From contig DATCIR010000220.1 in NCBI GenBank assembly GCA_036507695.1, positions 1-43,004 on the forward strand: a stretch of 43,004 nucleotides of DNA, read 5' to 3'. Below the pieces are notes generated by a model, which saw nothing but the letters and a program-made list of their open reading frames with translations, was not told the origin of the DNA and searched no databases. Below, piece by piece: positions 1 to 8,462 of this stretch. How positions within the stretch are numbered: position 1 is the first letter of the stretch; the number at the start of each line of letters is the position of its first letter. Both the position numbers and the translations under genes were made by a program. This stretch comes from Gammaproteobacteria bacterium. Lineage in GTDB: Bacteria; Pseudomonadota; Gammaproteobacteria; SZUA-152.

Positions 1-97
1 GTCTGCGGCCAGGGATGGCCGCAGTCGAGCCTACAGGGACGTACTTGTGGCGTCCCCCGGCAGGCGACACCGGCACCGCCCATGGGTGAGTAGTTAC
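1..97. mobile_element. Partial copy (right arm, cut by the window edge) of the ~158-bp MITE seen complete at 27769..27926
   Basis: 1..97 aligns without gaps to 27830..27926 with 5 substitutions. Both end in the same terminal motif GGGTGAGTAGTTAC. Confidence 0.7.
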
Positions 98-379
98 AGC
101 GGAGTAAGATAACCTGAAGCGTATCCGATCACGCTAAAGCGATTTTCATATAATAACAAGCCCGGAAATAGTGATTGGAAATAACTGATTGCACTCGTGA
201 AAAATTTGCACCCTTATAACAGCTGGCTTAGACTGGGGGCTAGCAGTCTGGCCATTGCCGCGCGCGGAAACGAACAATAACATCCAGAGTAAGGAAGCTC
301 CGCGCGTAAGATAAGTTCCGCAAGCTAGCAGTCGTTGCGGCGAGCTTGTTCCGGCGCAAACTGAAAACCGGTAATTTCC

Positions 380-415
380 ATGTTTCTGGAATGTTTCTGG
401 CTGGAATGTTTCTGG
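380..415 (+). repeat. Three direct copies of ATGTTTCTGG (380-389, 391-400, 406-415); candidate regulator binding array
   Basis: Exact 10-mers spaced 11 and 15 nt apart. Copies 2 and 3 extend to GGAATGTTTCTGG. They lie about 220 nt upstream of the barrel gene. Confidence 0.4.
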
Positions 416-634
416 ATAGCGGCTTGCGCCGGTTTGCCGGTCTATAAGCAACCGGGAATGCATTAAAGCGTCCGGAGCGATAATTTTTTACCCTGCATAA
501 TGGGGTTAGTAGGGGGGCGATCTCATTTTGATTCACTTGGATCAACTGATTGGATTGGCTAAGGGCTTGGCTTTAGCTTTAATAGTCAGCATGCTCGCGC
601 GCAAAGTGAGTTGGACTGGCCGCTATTGAATTCT

Positions 635-2377
635 ATGCCTGTCACATCAAAAAAAATACGAATGGTGGGGAAGCCGCTTGGGTACTGGATAATCCTTGGC
701 TTACTCTGGGTGTGCTCAGAGGCTTGCTTCGCCCTGCCCCTGGTCCCCATGGCCTATAGCGGGAGTTTGGGGTATTACTACAGTTATATAAAAGCGGAAG
801 AGGCGGAATCGGAGACCGCGCTGCTCACCGCCACAATATCCGGCAACGGGTTTGTCTGGCAGCCCTGGTTTGTGACGCTGGGTATTGGACTGAGTATTGG
901 GTATTCCGATTCGAACTCTAACACCGGGGGTGGTAGTTCCTCGACCACGGGTTCGGGCAATCTTCAGTTTTCAGTTTTTCCGCAAAGCCGTTTTCCGTTT
1001 GTGCTGTCACTGAGCGTCACGGATAGCCGGTTGGAAAATACCGCCGCCGCGTTCACCGCCGATGATCATTTCATCAATTACCGGCTTTTTATGAGCCAGT
1101 CCTACTTCAGCGCCGGTGGTTCTGTGGCACGCTTGTCTTACGACCACAATGAGTTTGAATCGGACCGCTCAGACTCCAGCAGCGACAATATCAGCGCCAG
1201 CTTTTATTCTAAAACCAGGCGTCATCGTTACGGCGCCAACGCGAATTACTCAACGTCGGAGCGGTCGAATTCCGATTTAAAGCCCGAGAATTCGCTCCTG
1301 GAATTTCAGCACGATTATTCAACCGGATCGGATATGTCGGTAAGCTCGCTGGCCAGTTATACGGAAAATGACAGCGGTGTTGGCGGGGACGCCGGTGTTT
1401 TTCAAATTACCCAGGCCAACAGTGTGTTCTCCTGGCGTCCCATCGATCGTCCTTATACGCTTTCCGGCGGCGCCCGAATCGCCACATCGGAAAGCGGCGG
1501 CGGCGATAAGACGGATAACCTGGCCACGAATATCGGCGCCAATTACCGCCTGACACGCTCGTTGAATGTTCTGGCGCTGGCAACGATTAGCGCCACGGAT
1601 ACCGATACCACGCAAACAGTAACCGATACGGAAAGCGTGACTGTGAATTATTCGTCGCTGCAATACTTTGTCGGCGGATTCAGCTGGAATTGGAACGCGG
1701 GAGCCGGATTCAACAATTCCCATACCTCCGTCGACGATGATAGCGAGAGTGAGCAGAACATTGCTGGCAGCTTAGGACAAACACTAAACCGCAGCTGGGC
1801 CACGGGCCGGAATTCCACGATGAATATCGCGTTTTCGCAAAACGGCAGCGCGACTAAAAGCACGGATGCCGATGAGCCGGTGTATGGTTTGGGGAATGGC
1901 GTGAGCCTGGGCTGGAGCCGGCGCGGGATCAGGTCCAGTACGTACTCATCCCTGTCGCTATCGGATTCGCGCAGTTTCGGCGAAACCGATACCTCGTTTC
2001 AACAATTGCTCGGCCAGTTAACGCAGCGCAATGAGTTGTCGCGGGTAAGCTCATTGTCGGCCAACGTGCTGTTCCAGGCCAACCGGCTGGATAGCTCCGA
2101 GGCGGCATCGCCCGCTGAACCAAAATCCCTGGCGGCGAGCCTGACTTACCTTAATTCCCGGACTTTTGGCATCTTTCCGCTTCGATTCGGCGCCGAACTG
2201 GAGTACCACAAGCAGTTTGAGGACAATGGAATTAAAGGATCAGAAACGCTGGAATTAGAAAACCGGTTTGATTATCAAATCGGCCTGCTGACCACCAATA
2301 TGACGTTCCGTATAATGAACACGGTGGGGGGGGCAACCTCGGAATCGCTGACTTTTTCGATTACTCGAACATTTTGA
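635..2377 (+). CDS. Putative outer-membrane beta-barrel protein (porin-like), no haem motif
   Basis: The track ORF is 611..2377. ATG 635 gives a signal peptide, MPVTSKKIRMVGKPLGYWIILGLLWVCSEACFA. The body is rich in Ser/Thr/Asn/Gly/Tyr with alternating pattern. The C-terminus ...SLTFSITRTF ends in Phe, as in OMP barrels. There is no CXXCH. Confidence 0.6.
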   Translation: MPVTSKKIRMVGKPLGYWIILGLLWVCSEACFALPLVPMAYSGSLGYYYSYIKAEEAESETALLTATISGNGFVWQPWFVTLGIGLSIGYSDSNSNTGGGSSSTTGSGNLQFSVFPQSRFPFVLSLSVTDSRLENTAAAFTADDHFINYRLFMSQSYFSAGGSVARLSYDHNEFESDRSDSSSDNISASFYSKTRRHRYGANANYSTSERSNSDLKPENSLLEFQHDYSTGSDMSVSSLASYTENDSGVGGDAGVFQITQANSVFSWRPIDRPYTLSGGARIATSESGGGDKTDNLATNIGANYRLTRSLNVLALATISATDTDTTQTVTDTESVTVNYSSLQYFVGGFSWNWNAGAGFNNSHTSVDDDSESEQNIAGSLGQTLNRSWATGRNSTMNIAFSQNGSATKSTDADEPVYGLGNGVSLGWSRRGIRSSTYSSLSLSDSRSFGETDTSFQQLLGQLTQRNELSRVSSLSANVLFQANRLDSSEAASPAEPKSLAASLTYLNSRTFGIFPLRFGAELEYHKQFEDNGIKGSETLELENRFDYQIGLLTTNMTFRIMNTVGGATSESLTFSITRTF

Positions 2378-2424
2378 AACCAGGCGGTTCGTGTAGTATA
2401 GTCCAGGTTCCGATCAAGAAATAA

Positions 2425-2448
2425 AAGCACAAATATAAGCACAAATAT
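2425..2448. repeat. Tandem 12-mer AAGCACAAATAT x2 (a third degenerate copy follows)
   Basis: Read directly from the sequence, in the barrel-cytochrome intergenic region. Confidence 0.6.
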
Positions 2449-2535
2449 AAGCGCAAGGCGCGGAAAAAAATCGATTCACGACAACCTGCCATGTCAGGCC
2501 GGCATATCACATATACATATAGAGAGGAGGGCTCT

Positions 2536-2997
2536 ATGTTTCGATCCGTAATAATCGGGCTACTTAGTGTAGTTGCTGTACTTATCCTGCCGCCATCGGC
2601 AAAGGCGGAATACGCTGACGTGGTCATTAACAATTACGCGGACGCCGCCGGTATGCGGCCCGTGGTTTTTCCTCATTGGTATCATCGCATTCGCTTTCGC
2701 TGCAAGGTATGCCACGCCGATCTCGGTTTTGAATTTAAAGCCGGCGGCAACAAAATCACCATGGCGAAAATCATTGATGGCCAGTTCTGCGGGGCCTGCC
2801 ACAATGGTGAAATTTCTTGGTCGGTAGAGAACTGTGGAATGTGCCATTCCGGAATTCCAGGCACGCCGACATCCATACATGGCAGTACCGTTCAACGTCT
2901 CGTTGCGCCAACCTACAAAGCGCTTGAAGAAAAAGAAAAAGCAAAAGAAAAAGAAAAAGAAACAGAAAAACAAAAAGAAAAAGTGCCGCAAAAATGA
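2536..2997 (+). CDS. Trihaem c-type cytochrome (c3/c7-like) with Lys/Glu-rich C-terminal tail
   Basis: GGAGG lies 6 nt before ATG 2536 and a signal peptide follows. The haem motifs are CKVCH, CGACH and CGMCH. A FPHWYH motif precedes haem 1. The tail is EEKEKAKEKEKETEKQKEK. Confidence 0.8.
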   Translation: MFRSVIIGLLSVVAVLILPPSAKAEYADVVINNYADAAGMRPVVFPHWYHRIRFRCKVCHADLGFEFKAGGNKITMAKIIDGQFCGACHNGEISWSVENCGMCHSGIPGTPTSIHGSTVQRLVAPTYKALEEKEKAKEKEKETEKQKEKVPQK

Positions 2998-3021
2998 TGG
3001 CAAAGGAGAGGGGGAACTAAC

Positions 3022-3678
3022 ATGATTATGAAGAAATACTTGTTTATTATAACGGCGCTTCTATTGGCCGTTATGTTGCTGGGAACGGTGGCCACGGCGG
3101 AAGAAAAAAAACAGGAAGCCAAAAAACCCGCCGTGAGTTCGGCGAACGTTTTTAACCGCTTATTGAAAAAAGAAAAGACAAAGAATGCGGCGCCCGCGGA
3201 AGATGGCATCCATGACGTGGAAAATGACAACACCCATGCATTGCAGCCGCCGTTGATTGCCTATGAAGGATTGCCGACGACCGAGTTTGGCAACTATGTG
3301 GACTGGGTGAAAGCGCTGAACGATGGTTTATTAAAGCCGCGCTACGACCTGGCGGATCCCGCGGTGCAACCGCTGATTATGGACCTGGATATCGTCCGTG
3401 AAGTTAAAGCATCCTTGCCGGACGTGGTTTTCCCGCACAAACCGCATACGCAATGGCTGCATTGTTCAAACTGTCATCCAAAAATCTTCGCACCGCAGAA
3501 AAATGCGAACGTTATGAGCATGTCCGCTATCTTGCTGGGCCAGAAGTGCGGAGTTTGCCATGGCAAGGTTTCCTTTCCCGTGACAACGGCAACGTGTAAG
3601 AAGTGCCATTCGAAAGCGAAACCAGCCGACTGGACACCACCGCAAAGTGAAGCGAGCGTGAAAACACCCTGGCGTTAA
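3022..3678 (+). CDS. Trihaem c-type cytochrome, paralog of 5690..6280
   Basis: A signal peptide is present. The haem motifs are CSNCH, CGVCH and CKKCH. The blocks DGIHD...ALQPP...VDWVKALNDGL..P and FPHKPHTQWLHCSNCHP are shared with the 5690 gene. Confidence 0.85.
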   Translation: MIMKKYLFIITALLLAVMLLGTVATAEEKKQEAKKPAVSSANVFNRLLKKEKTKNAAPAEDGIHDVENDNTHALQPPLIAYEGLPTTEFGNYVDWVKALNDGLLKPRYDLADPAVQPLIMDLDIVREVKASLPDVVFPHKPHTQWLHCSNCHPKIFAPQKNANVMSMSAILLGQKCGVCHGKVSFPVTTATCKKCHSKAKPADWTPPQSEASVKTPWR

Positions 3679-3697
3679 GGGTTGATGTAACGTGGTC

Positions 3698-3745
3698 TGG
3701 GTTTGTGAATATGGGTTTGTGAATCTGGGTTTGTAAATTTGGGTT
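3698..3745. repeat. Tandem 14-mer TGGGTTTGTGAAT(A/C), about 3.5 copies
   Basis: Copies at 3698-3711, 3712-3725 and 3726-3739, with a partial fourth. The array starts about 20 nt after the stop of the cytochrome gene. Confidence 0.7.
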
Positions 3746-3793
3746 CACGGGGTGATTCATTTCGCATGGCATGGCGGTAGTAGTGATCTCTCG

Positions 3794-3827
3794 ACGGCGC
3801 GTGGCGGTTAATCGGGCCACGCGCCGT
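3794..3827 (+). terminator. Stem-loop with a perfect 12-bp stem, ACGGCGCGTGGC / GCCACGCGCCGT; possible terminator
   Basis: The inverted repeat has a 10-nt loop. The T-tail is weak (TGCTGTATT). Confidence 0.4.
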
Positions 3828-3946
3828 TGCTGTATTAGTGCTTAAGTTTTACTCCCATATTGAGTAATAAATTTGCATACCCTGGGTATTTGGTTTCTAA
3901 TTTAAGGCATTTCATCCACTATCGAATCTTTAACGAGAGCCAATTT

Positions 3947-5464
3947 ATGAATGCCATATCAAAAAAACTCCAGAGCATGGTATTGGTTTTTCTGTTTTTA
4001 GTATTCAGTTTGTCCGGGTGTGGTACGGCCGGGGTTCAAGAATCGGCCGGAGAAAAAACCGGCGCACCCACGGCTGCGGTAACAGCCGGGGCGAGTGCGG
4101 AAAAAGCGCCGGATCCGGATATAAAGCAAGGACCGGAAGAATCCGGCGTTGAGGTCATCGCCAACCAGGCGGGCAAGGATACCGGATTAACGGTTGCGCC
4201 GATTGCGGCGCGGGAACCCGCTTCCGCGCCAACCCAAGTGCCTGTGTCTTCCGGCCCGGATCATTTTGTCATTACGGTCGCCGCGAAAGATCAGACCCAT
4301 GCTCACTATGGCAAGGGACACGAGATGGCGTTTCTCGTGAACAACGAGCAAGGCAAGGATCTGGTTTTGGAACGCGGAAAAACCTACCGTTTTGATGTGG
4401 CGACGGATCCCATGCATGATGTTTATTTTTCCTTAAAGGAAATCGGCTGGGGCAGCACACCCTATTCAGAGGGAATAGAAGGCCAGTACACCTATAAGGG
4501 AACCATCACCATCACACCGACCGAAAAGACACCCGATGAGTTGTTTTACGCCTGCCGCAATCATCCCTATATGGGTGGAAAAATTCATGTTGTGAACGCC
4601 GGTGAAACCGTTGCACCGGCAAAGAAAGCAAGCACCGCGGCGGTTCCCGCGGCAGCGGTTCAGAATAAGCCGGTCAGCAAGGCGGACGCCAATCAGAAGT
4701 TGATGTTCGCCGACATGCTATTAAAATCAAAAAACAGTGAAACCATACTGAAAAGCAACAACAGCGAGGCGATCGCGCTGTATAAAAAAGCCGAAACCGG
4801 AGTGGGCTCGGCCAGGCAAAACCTGGAAGCCGGTAAAAATGCTCAAGCTTACCAGGAGGCTGAAAACTCCATTGCCCTGTTAAAGCAGTCCGCCGGCCTG
4901 GTGCCCGGCGAAAACGCCATGGAGCACCTGGAAGAACAAAATCGGGAATTGCTGGCATCCATTCACGGGTTTGAAGCGGCGCACAAGGATCACTATGAGA
5001 GAGTCGCCAAAAAGCAGGGTAAAGACGCCGCGGTTGGTTATGATAAAGCGGAAGTGCAAAAACTGATAAAATCCGCGGAAGAATTTACCAGCAAAGGCGA
5101 GCATGCGAAAGCCAACCGGGATTTGCACGAGGCGCAGCATAGTATCACGGTTGCACTGCAAAAAATGCTGCACAACCAGACGATTGTTTACGACTTGAAA
5201 TTCGAGTCGGCGCAGGAAGAATACGAGTACGAATTAAGCCGTTTCAAGGGTTATGAAGAACTGGTGCCGGTCGCAATTGAGCAACAAAATCCCGCCGCAG
5301 GTCCGCGGCAGTTAATGGAATCGTTCGTTAAAAAGGGGCAGGATTTGCGGGATCGCGCGATAGAAGCCGCGGCAGACCGGGACTTACCGACCGCAATCGC
5401 CATGCTGCACGATGCGACCAATGATGTGCGCCGGGCATTGCGGATGATCGGTGTAACGCAGTAA
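3947..5464 (+). CDS. Lipoprotein with a cupredoxin (type-1 copper) domain and a long alpha-helical C-terminal region
   Basis: The lipobox is LSGC, using ATG 3947. Candidate Cu ligands are DPMHD and FYACRNHPYMGGKIHV (C-x2-H-x2-M, amicyanin-like spacing). The C-terminal ~270 aa are rich in A/E/K/Q. Confidence 0.65.
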   Translation: MNAISKKLQSMVLVFLFLVFSLSGCGTAGVQESAGEKTGAPTAAVTAGASAEKAPDPDIKQGPEESGVEVIANQAGKDTGLTVAPIAAREPASAPTQVPVSSGPDHFVITVAAKDQTHAHYGKGHEMAFLVNNEQGKDLVLERGKTYRFDVATDPMHDVYFSLKEIGWGSTPYSEGIEGQYTYKGTITITPTEKTPDELFYACRNHPYMGGKIHVVNAGETVAPAKKASTAAVPAAAVQNKPVSKADANQKLMFADMLLKSKNSETILKSNNSEAIALYKKAETGVGSARQNLEAGKNAQAYQEAENSIALLKQSAGLVPGENAMEHLEEQNRELLASIHGFEAAHKDHYERVAKKQGKDAAVGYDKAEVQKLIKSAEEFTSKGEHAKANRDLHEAQHSITVALQKMLHNQTIVYDLKFESAQEEYEYELSRFKGYEELVPVAIEQQNPAAGPRQLMESFVKKGQDLRDRAIEAAADRDLPTAIAMLHDATNDVRRALRMIGVTQ

Positions 5465-5521
5465 CCGGTTGGGTTGCGCGGCCTGAGTAGCCGCGCTGGC
5501 TTTACTTTATATCAAGTAGCT

Positions 5522-5604
5522 CTACTTTGTTACTTTAGTTTATGCTTATGAACAATCCCGCGCGGGAGGCGGTATGCATGCCGCCATTTAAAGTAACAAA
5601 GTAG
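5522..5604. repeat. Perfect 16-bp inverted repeat, CTACTTTGTTACTTTA / TAAAGTAACAAAGTAG, around a 51-nt spacer
   Basis: Arms at 5522-5537 and 5589-5604. It lies between the cupredoxin gene and the next cytochrome gene. A GC hairpin at 5476-5496 precedes it. Confidence 0.6.
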
Positions 5605-5689
5605 AAGTAGACGACAGTCCAAAGGTCGGTCATTAGTCATCAGTCATTACAGAGTATTGATAAAACGGGAAACACGGGACCGGGGTTTT

Positions 5690-6280
5690 ATGCGTAAAAA
5701 AATGCTTGCTGCTTTCACTATAAGGAATCGATCCGGAAAATCCGCCGTGCTGTTGCTCCTGCTGGTGCTTGCTATCGGCGCGGGATCGGTCGCGGCCGTG
5801 GAAGGCGGCCGTCATTTCCAGTTGCATGGCGATGCGGTGGCGGTTGACAAGGATGGCATTCATGATCCATCCAATGACGCCGTAAAAGCCTTGCAGCCGC
5901 CGGTGGAAGCCATGAAGGATTTCCCGCGTGATGGGCGCGGCGTTGTCAACTGGGTGGAAACGTTAAATGGCGGCCTGATTCAACCGCGCACCGGGGTGAA
6001 GGGCGAAGAAAAAATGCATTCGGTGGATTTTGATGTGATTTTTAAAAACACCGCTTCCATGCCCTATGTCCGGTTCCCTCATTTGCCGCATACGCAATGG
6101 CTCACCTGCAAGAACTGTCATCCGGCCATTTTTCTGCCGCAACGCGGCGGTAATTTCGTCACCATGGCCGCTATCATAGAAGGCGAGTATTGCGGTGTTT
6201 GCCACGGTAAAGTCGCGTTTCCTCCCCTGGAGTGTAATCGATGCCACAGTGTCTCGCGCGAAAGCGTCGGTTTACGCTAG
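5690..6280 (+). CDS. Trihaem c-type cytochrome, paralog of 3022..3678
   Basis: ATG 5690 gives MRKKMLAAF... followed by a signal peptide. The haem motifs are CKNCH, CGVCH and CNRCH. The FPHLPHTQWLTCKNCHP block is conserved. Confidence 0.85.
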   Translation: MRKKMLAAFTIRNRSGKSAVLLLLLVLAIGAGSVAAVEGGRHFQLHGDAVAVDKDGIHDPSNDAVKALQPPVEAMKDFPRDGRGVVNWVETLNGGLIQPRTGVKGEEKMHSVDFDVIFKNTASMPYVRFPHLPHTQWLTCKNCHPAIFLPQRGGNFVTMAAIIEGEYCGVCHGKVAFPPLECNRCHSVSRESVGLR

Positions 6281-7305
6281 TCCTGCCGGTTTTACTCGCC
6301 TGCGCCGTGCAATTCGGCTGCTCCATGGCGGAGATGGAGCGGATTGCCATGGAAAACCGCCTGGCGGATCTTAAAACCCAGCCGGGCGGCGCCGCCTCCA
6401 AATCGCGGTTTCTCGCGTTTGAAGCCGTCATTAAAGGCGGCATGAAGGAGGAAGCGGGGCTAACGGGCGCATTCAGGCGGCTGATGATTGGCCCCGACCG
6501 GGAGATCCAGTTTCTTACGCCGGTCGCGGTGGGTGGTGTCGACAACTACCTGTATGTCGCCGATTCGGGTTTGCGCATCGTGTTCCGTTATGATCTGGTG
6601 AATAACACCATTGAAACACTGGGTAACGCAGGCACCCAGTTTGCCGGGGAAATGGGCAACATGTATGTGGCGCGGGACCGGAGCTTTTATATCGCCGATC
6701 CAGCCGGCAAGCAGGTGCTGCATTTCGACGAGCTGGGCAATCTTATCGCGGCGTTTCAGGATCTGGCCAACTTGTCGCGGCCCTTGGATGTTATCTACGA
6801 TGAAACAACCGGTGATCTCCTGGTCGCGGATGGCGCTTTCAGTCATATCGTGGTGTTTAACAAATCCGGTAGAGCGATACGCACCATTGGTCAGCGCGGC
6901 ACCGGACCCGGGCGTTTCCGCGCGATCACGGCCATGACCATGAGCGATGATGGACTTTATGTCTTAGACAGGCTCGAGCTGCCGGTGCAGGTGATCACTA
7001 TCACCGGCGATTACAAGTATGCCTTTGGCGAATCACACCATAGTTTTCCCAGCGCGATCGCCGTGAATGCGGACGGCGTGGTGTATGTGGCCGATAAATC
7101 GGATAACGCGATTCGTATTTATCAGGACGCGGAATTATTATCGGTATTCGGCGGCACCGGTTCCGCACCCGGACGCTTTCGGGAAATAACCAGTATGTGG
7201 ATCAATAATGATTTATTGTACATTGCCGATAGTATGAACCGGCGCGTGCAGGTTTTGCGCATGACCGTTGAAGAGGTAGCCGCGCCGGCGCCGTCAAACC
7301 CATGA
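6241..7305 (+). CDS. NHL-repeat beta-propeller lipoprotein
   Basis: The lipobox is QFGC. Repeated motifs are YVAD/YIAD/LVAD...G.G.G.F..P (for example GTGPGRFRAITAM and GSAPGRFREITSM). The start overlaps the upstream gene by 40 nt. Confidence 0.75.
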   Translation: MPQCLARKRRFTLVLPVLLACAVQFGCSMAEMERIAMENRLADLKTQPGGAASKSRFLAFEAVIKGGMKEEAGLTGAFRRLMIGPDREIQFLTPVAVGGVDNYLYVADSGLRIVFRYDLVNNTIETLGNAGTQFAGEMGNMYVARDRSFYIADPAGKQVLHFDELGNLIAAFQDLANLSRPLDVIYDETTGDLLVADGAFSHIVVFNKSGRAIRTIGQRGTGPGRFRAITAMTMSDDGLYVLDRLELPVQVITITGDYKYAFGESHHSFPSAIAVNADGVVYVADKSDNAIRIYQDAELLSVFGGTGSAPGRFREITSMWINNDLLYIADSMNRRVQVLRMTVEEVAAPAPSNP

Positions 7306-8423
7306 AACCCATCACTGAATCACTGAACCGTTGTGCGCTTTACCCGGGTTTGGTGCTTGCACTGTTATTAACGGCCTGCGCCAGCCGGGAATACCGCGTG
7401 GATTACGAAGTGCAAGCGTCCGATGCCCAGGTCTGGCCGGCGCCGCCGGAAATACCCCGCTTCCGTTATGTCGGCACGCTGACCGGCGAGGATAACGTCA
7501 AGCCAGTGGAAGAAGGCAAGCGCTTCGGTGACTATGTCACCGACTTCTTCAGATGGGTGGTGGGATTGGTTGGCCCCAATCCGATACCCTTGGTATTGCA
7601 GCGGCCGCAGTCCGGTGTGATGGATGATAACGGCCGGCTGTACATTACCGATGTGAGCCGTCAGTCAATCATGGTGTTTGACTTGCAAAAAGGCACATTA
7701 ACCGAGTGGGAGCAAGCGACGCCTAACACCGGTTTCCTGACACCGGTGGGCATTACGCTGGGGCCCGCGGGCAGTATCCTGGTGGTGGATGCGGATCTGA
7801 AACAGGTGCTGCAGCTCGATGCCACCGGAAAGCCTGTCAAGGCGTTCGGCGCTGACACCTTCAAGCGCCCCACGGGCATCGCCCGGGATCCGGTCAAAGG
7901 CCGGATTTATGTTGCCGATACCCACGCGCACGATATAAAAGTTTTTGATGATAACGGCGCCCTCCTTAATGTTTTTGGCGAATATGGTACGGACGGCGGT
8001 GAATTTAATAGCCCCGCCCACCTGTCATTTGCGGAGGGGCTGCTCTATGTAACCGATACATTCAATACCCGGGTGCAGGTTTTAAGAGATTCTGGCGAAT
8101 TTAGACGTGAATTCGGTAAAAGAGGCTTGTATGTCGGGGATCTGGTCCGGCCCAAGGGGGTCGCCACCGATAGCGAGGGCAATATCTATGTCATTGAGTC
8201 GTTTCACGATCATTTGCTAGTATATAGTGCTAACGGGGAATTTTTGTTGCCGATTGGCGGGACGGGCGCGGGTATCGGACAGTTCTATTTGCCTTCCGGG
8301 GTGTGGACGGATAAAAACGACCGCATCTATATTGCGGATATGTTCAATGGGCGGGTGGTCATATTGCAATACCTGGGTGGGCGCTATGCCCGTGGCGCGG
8401 TTCAAAACGCGGTTCAGCCATAG
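7302..8423 (+). CDS. NHL-repeat beta-propeller lipoprotein
   Basis: ATGA start/stop overlap with the previous gene. The lipobox is LTAC. Repeats include YITD, YVAD, YVTD, YVIE and YIAD, plus GEFNSPAH and GQFYLPSG. Confidence 0.75.
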   Translation: MKPITESLNRCALYPGLVLALLLTACASREYRVDYEVQASDAQVWPAPPEIPRFRYVGTLTGEDNVKPVEEGKRFGDYVTDFFRWVVGLVGPNPIPLVLQRPQSGVMDDNGRLYITDVSRQSIMVFDLQKGTLTEWEQATPNTGFLTPVGITLGPAGSILVVDADLKQVLQLDATGKPVKAFGADTFKRPTGIARDPVKGRIYVADTHAHDIKVFDDNGALLNVFGEYGTDGGEFNSPAHLSFAEGLLYVTDTFNTRVQVLRDSGEFRREFGKRGLYVGDLVRPKGVATDSEGNIYVIESFHDHLLVYSANGEFLLPIGGTGAGIGQFYLPSGVWTDKNDRIYIADMFNGRVVILQYLGGRYARGAVQNAVQP

Positions 8424-8462
8424 TAGCGGCCGGTGCGGTTCAAAAAATGGTACAAGGTGAGC

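Noticed and set aside
146-545. Two overlapping minus-strand ORFs (105 and 101 aa) at the left end
   Set aside because: They overlap each other in different frames. They have no ribosome-binding site and a low-complexity Arg/Pro/Ser composition, and they span the repeat-rich upstream region of the barrel gene. They are most likely non-coding.
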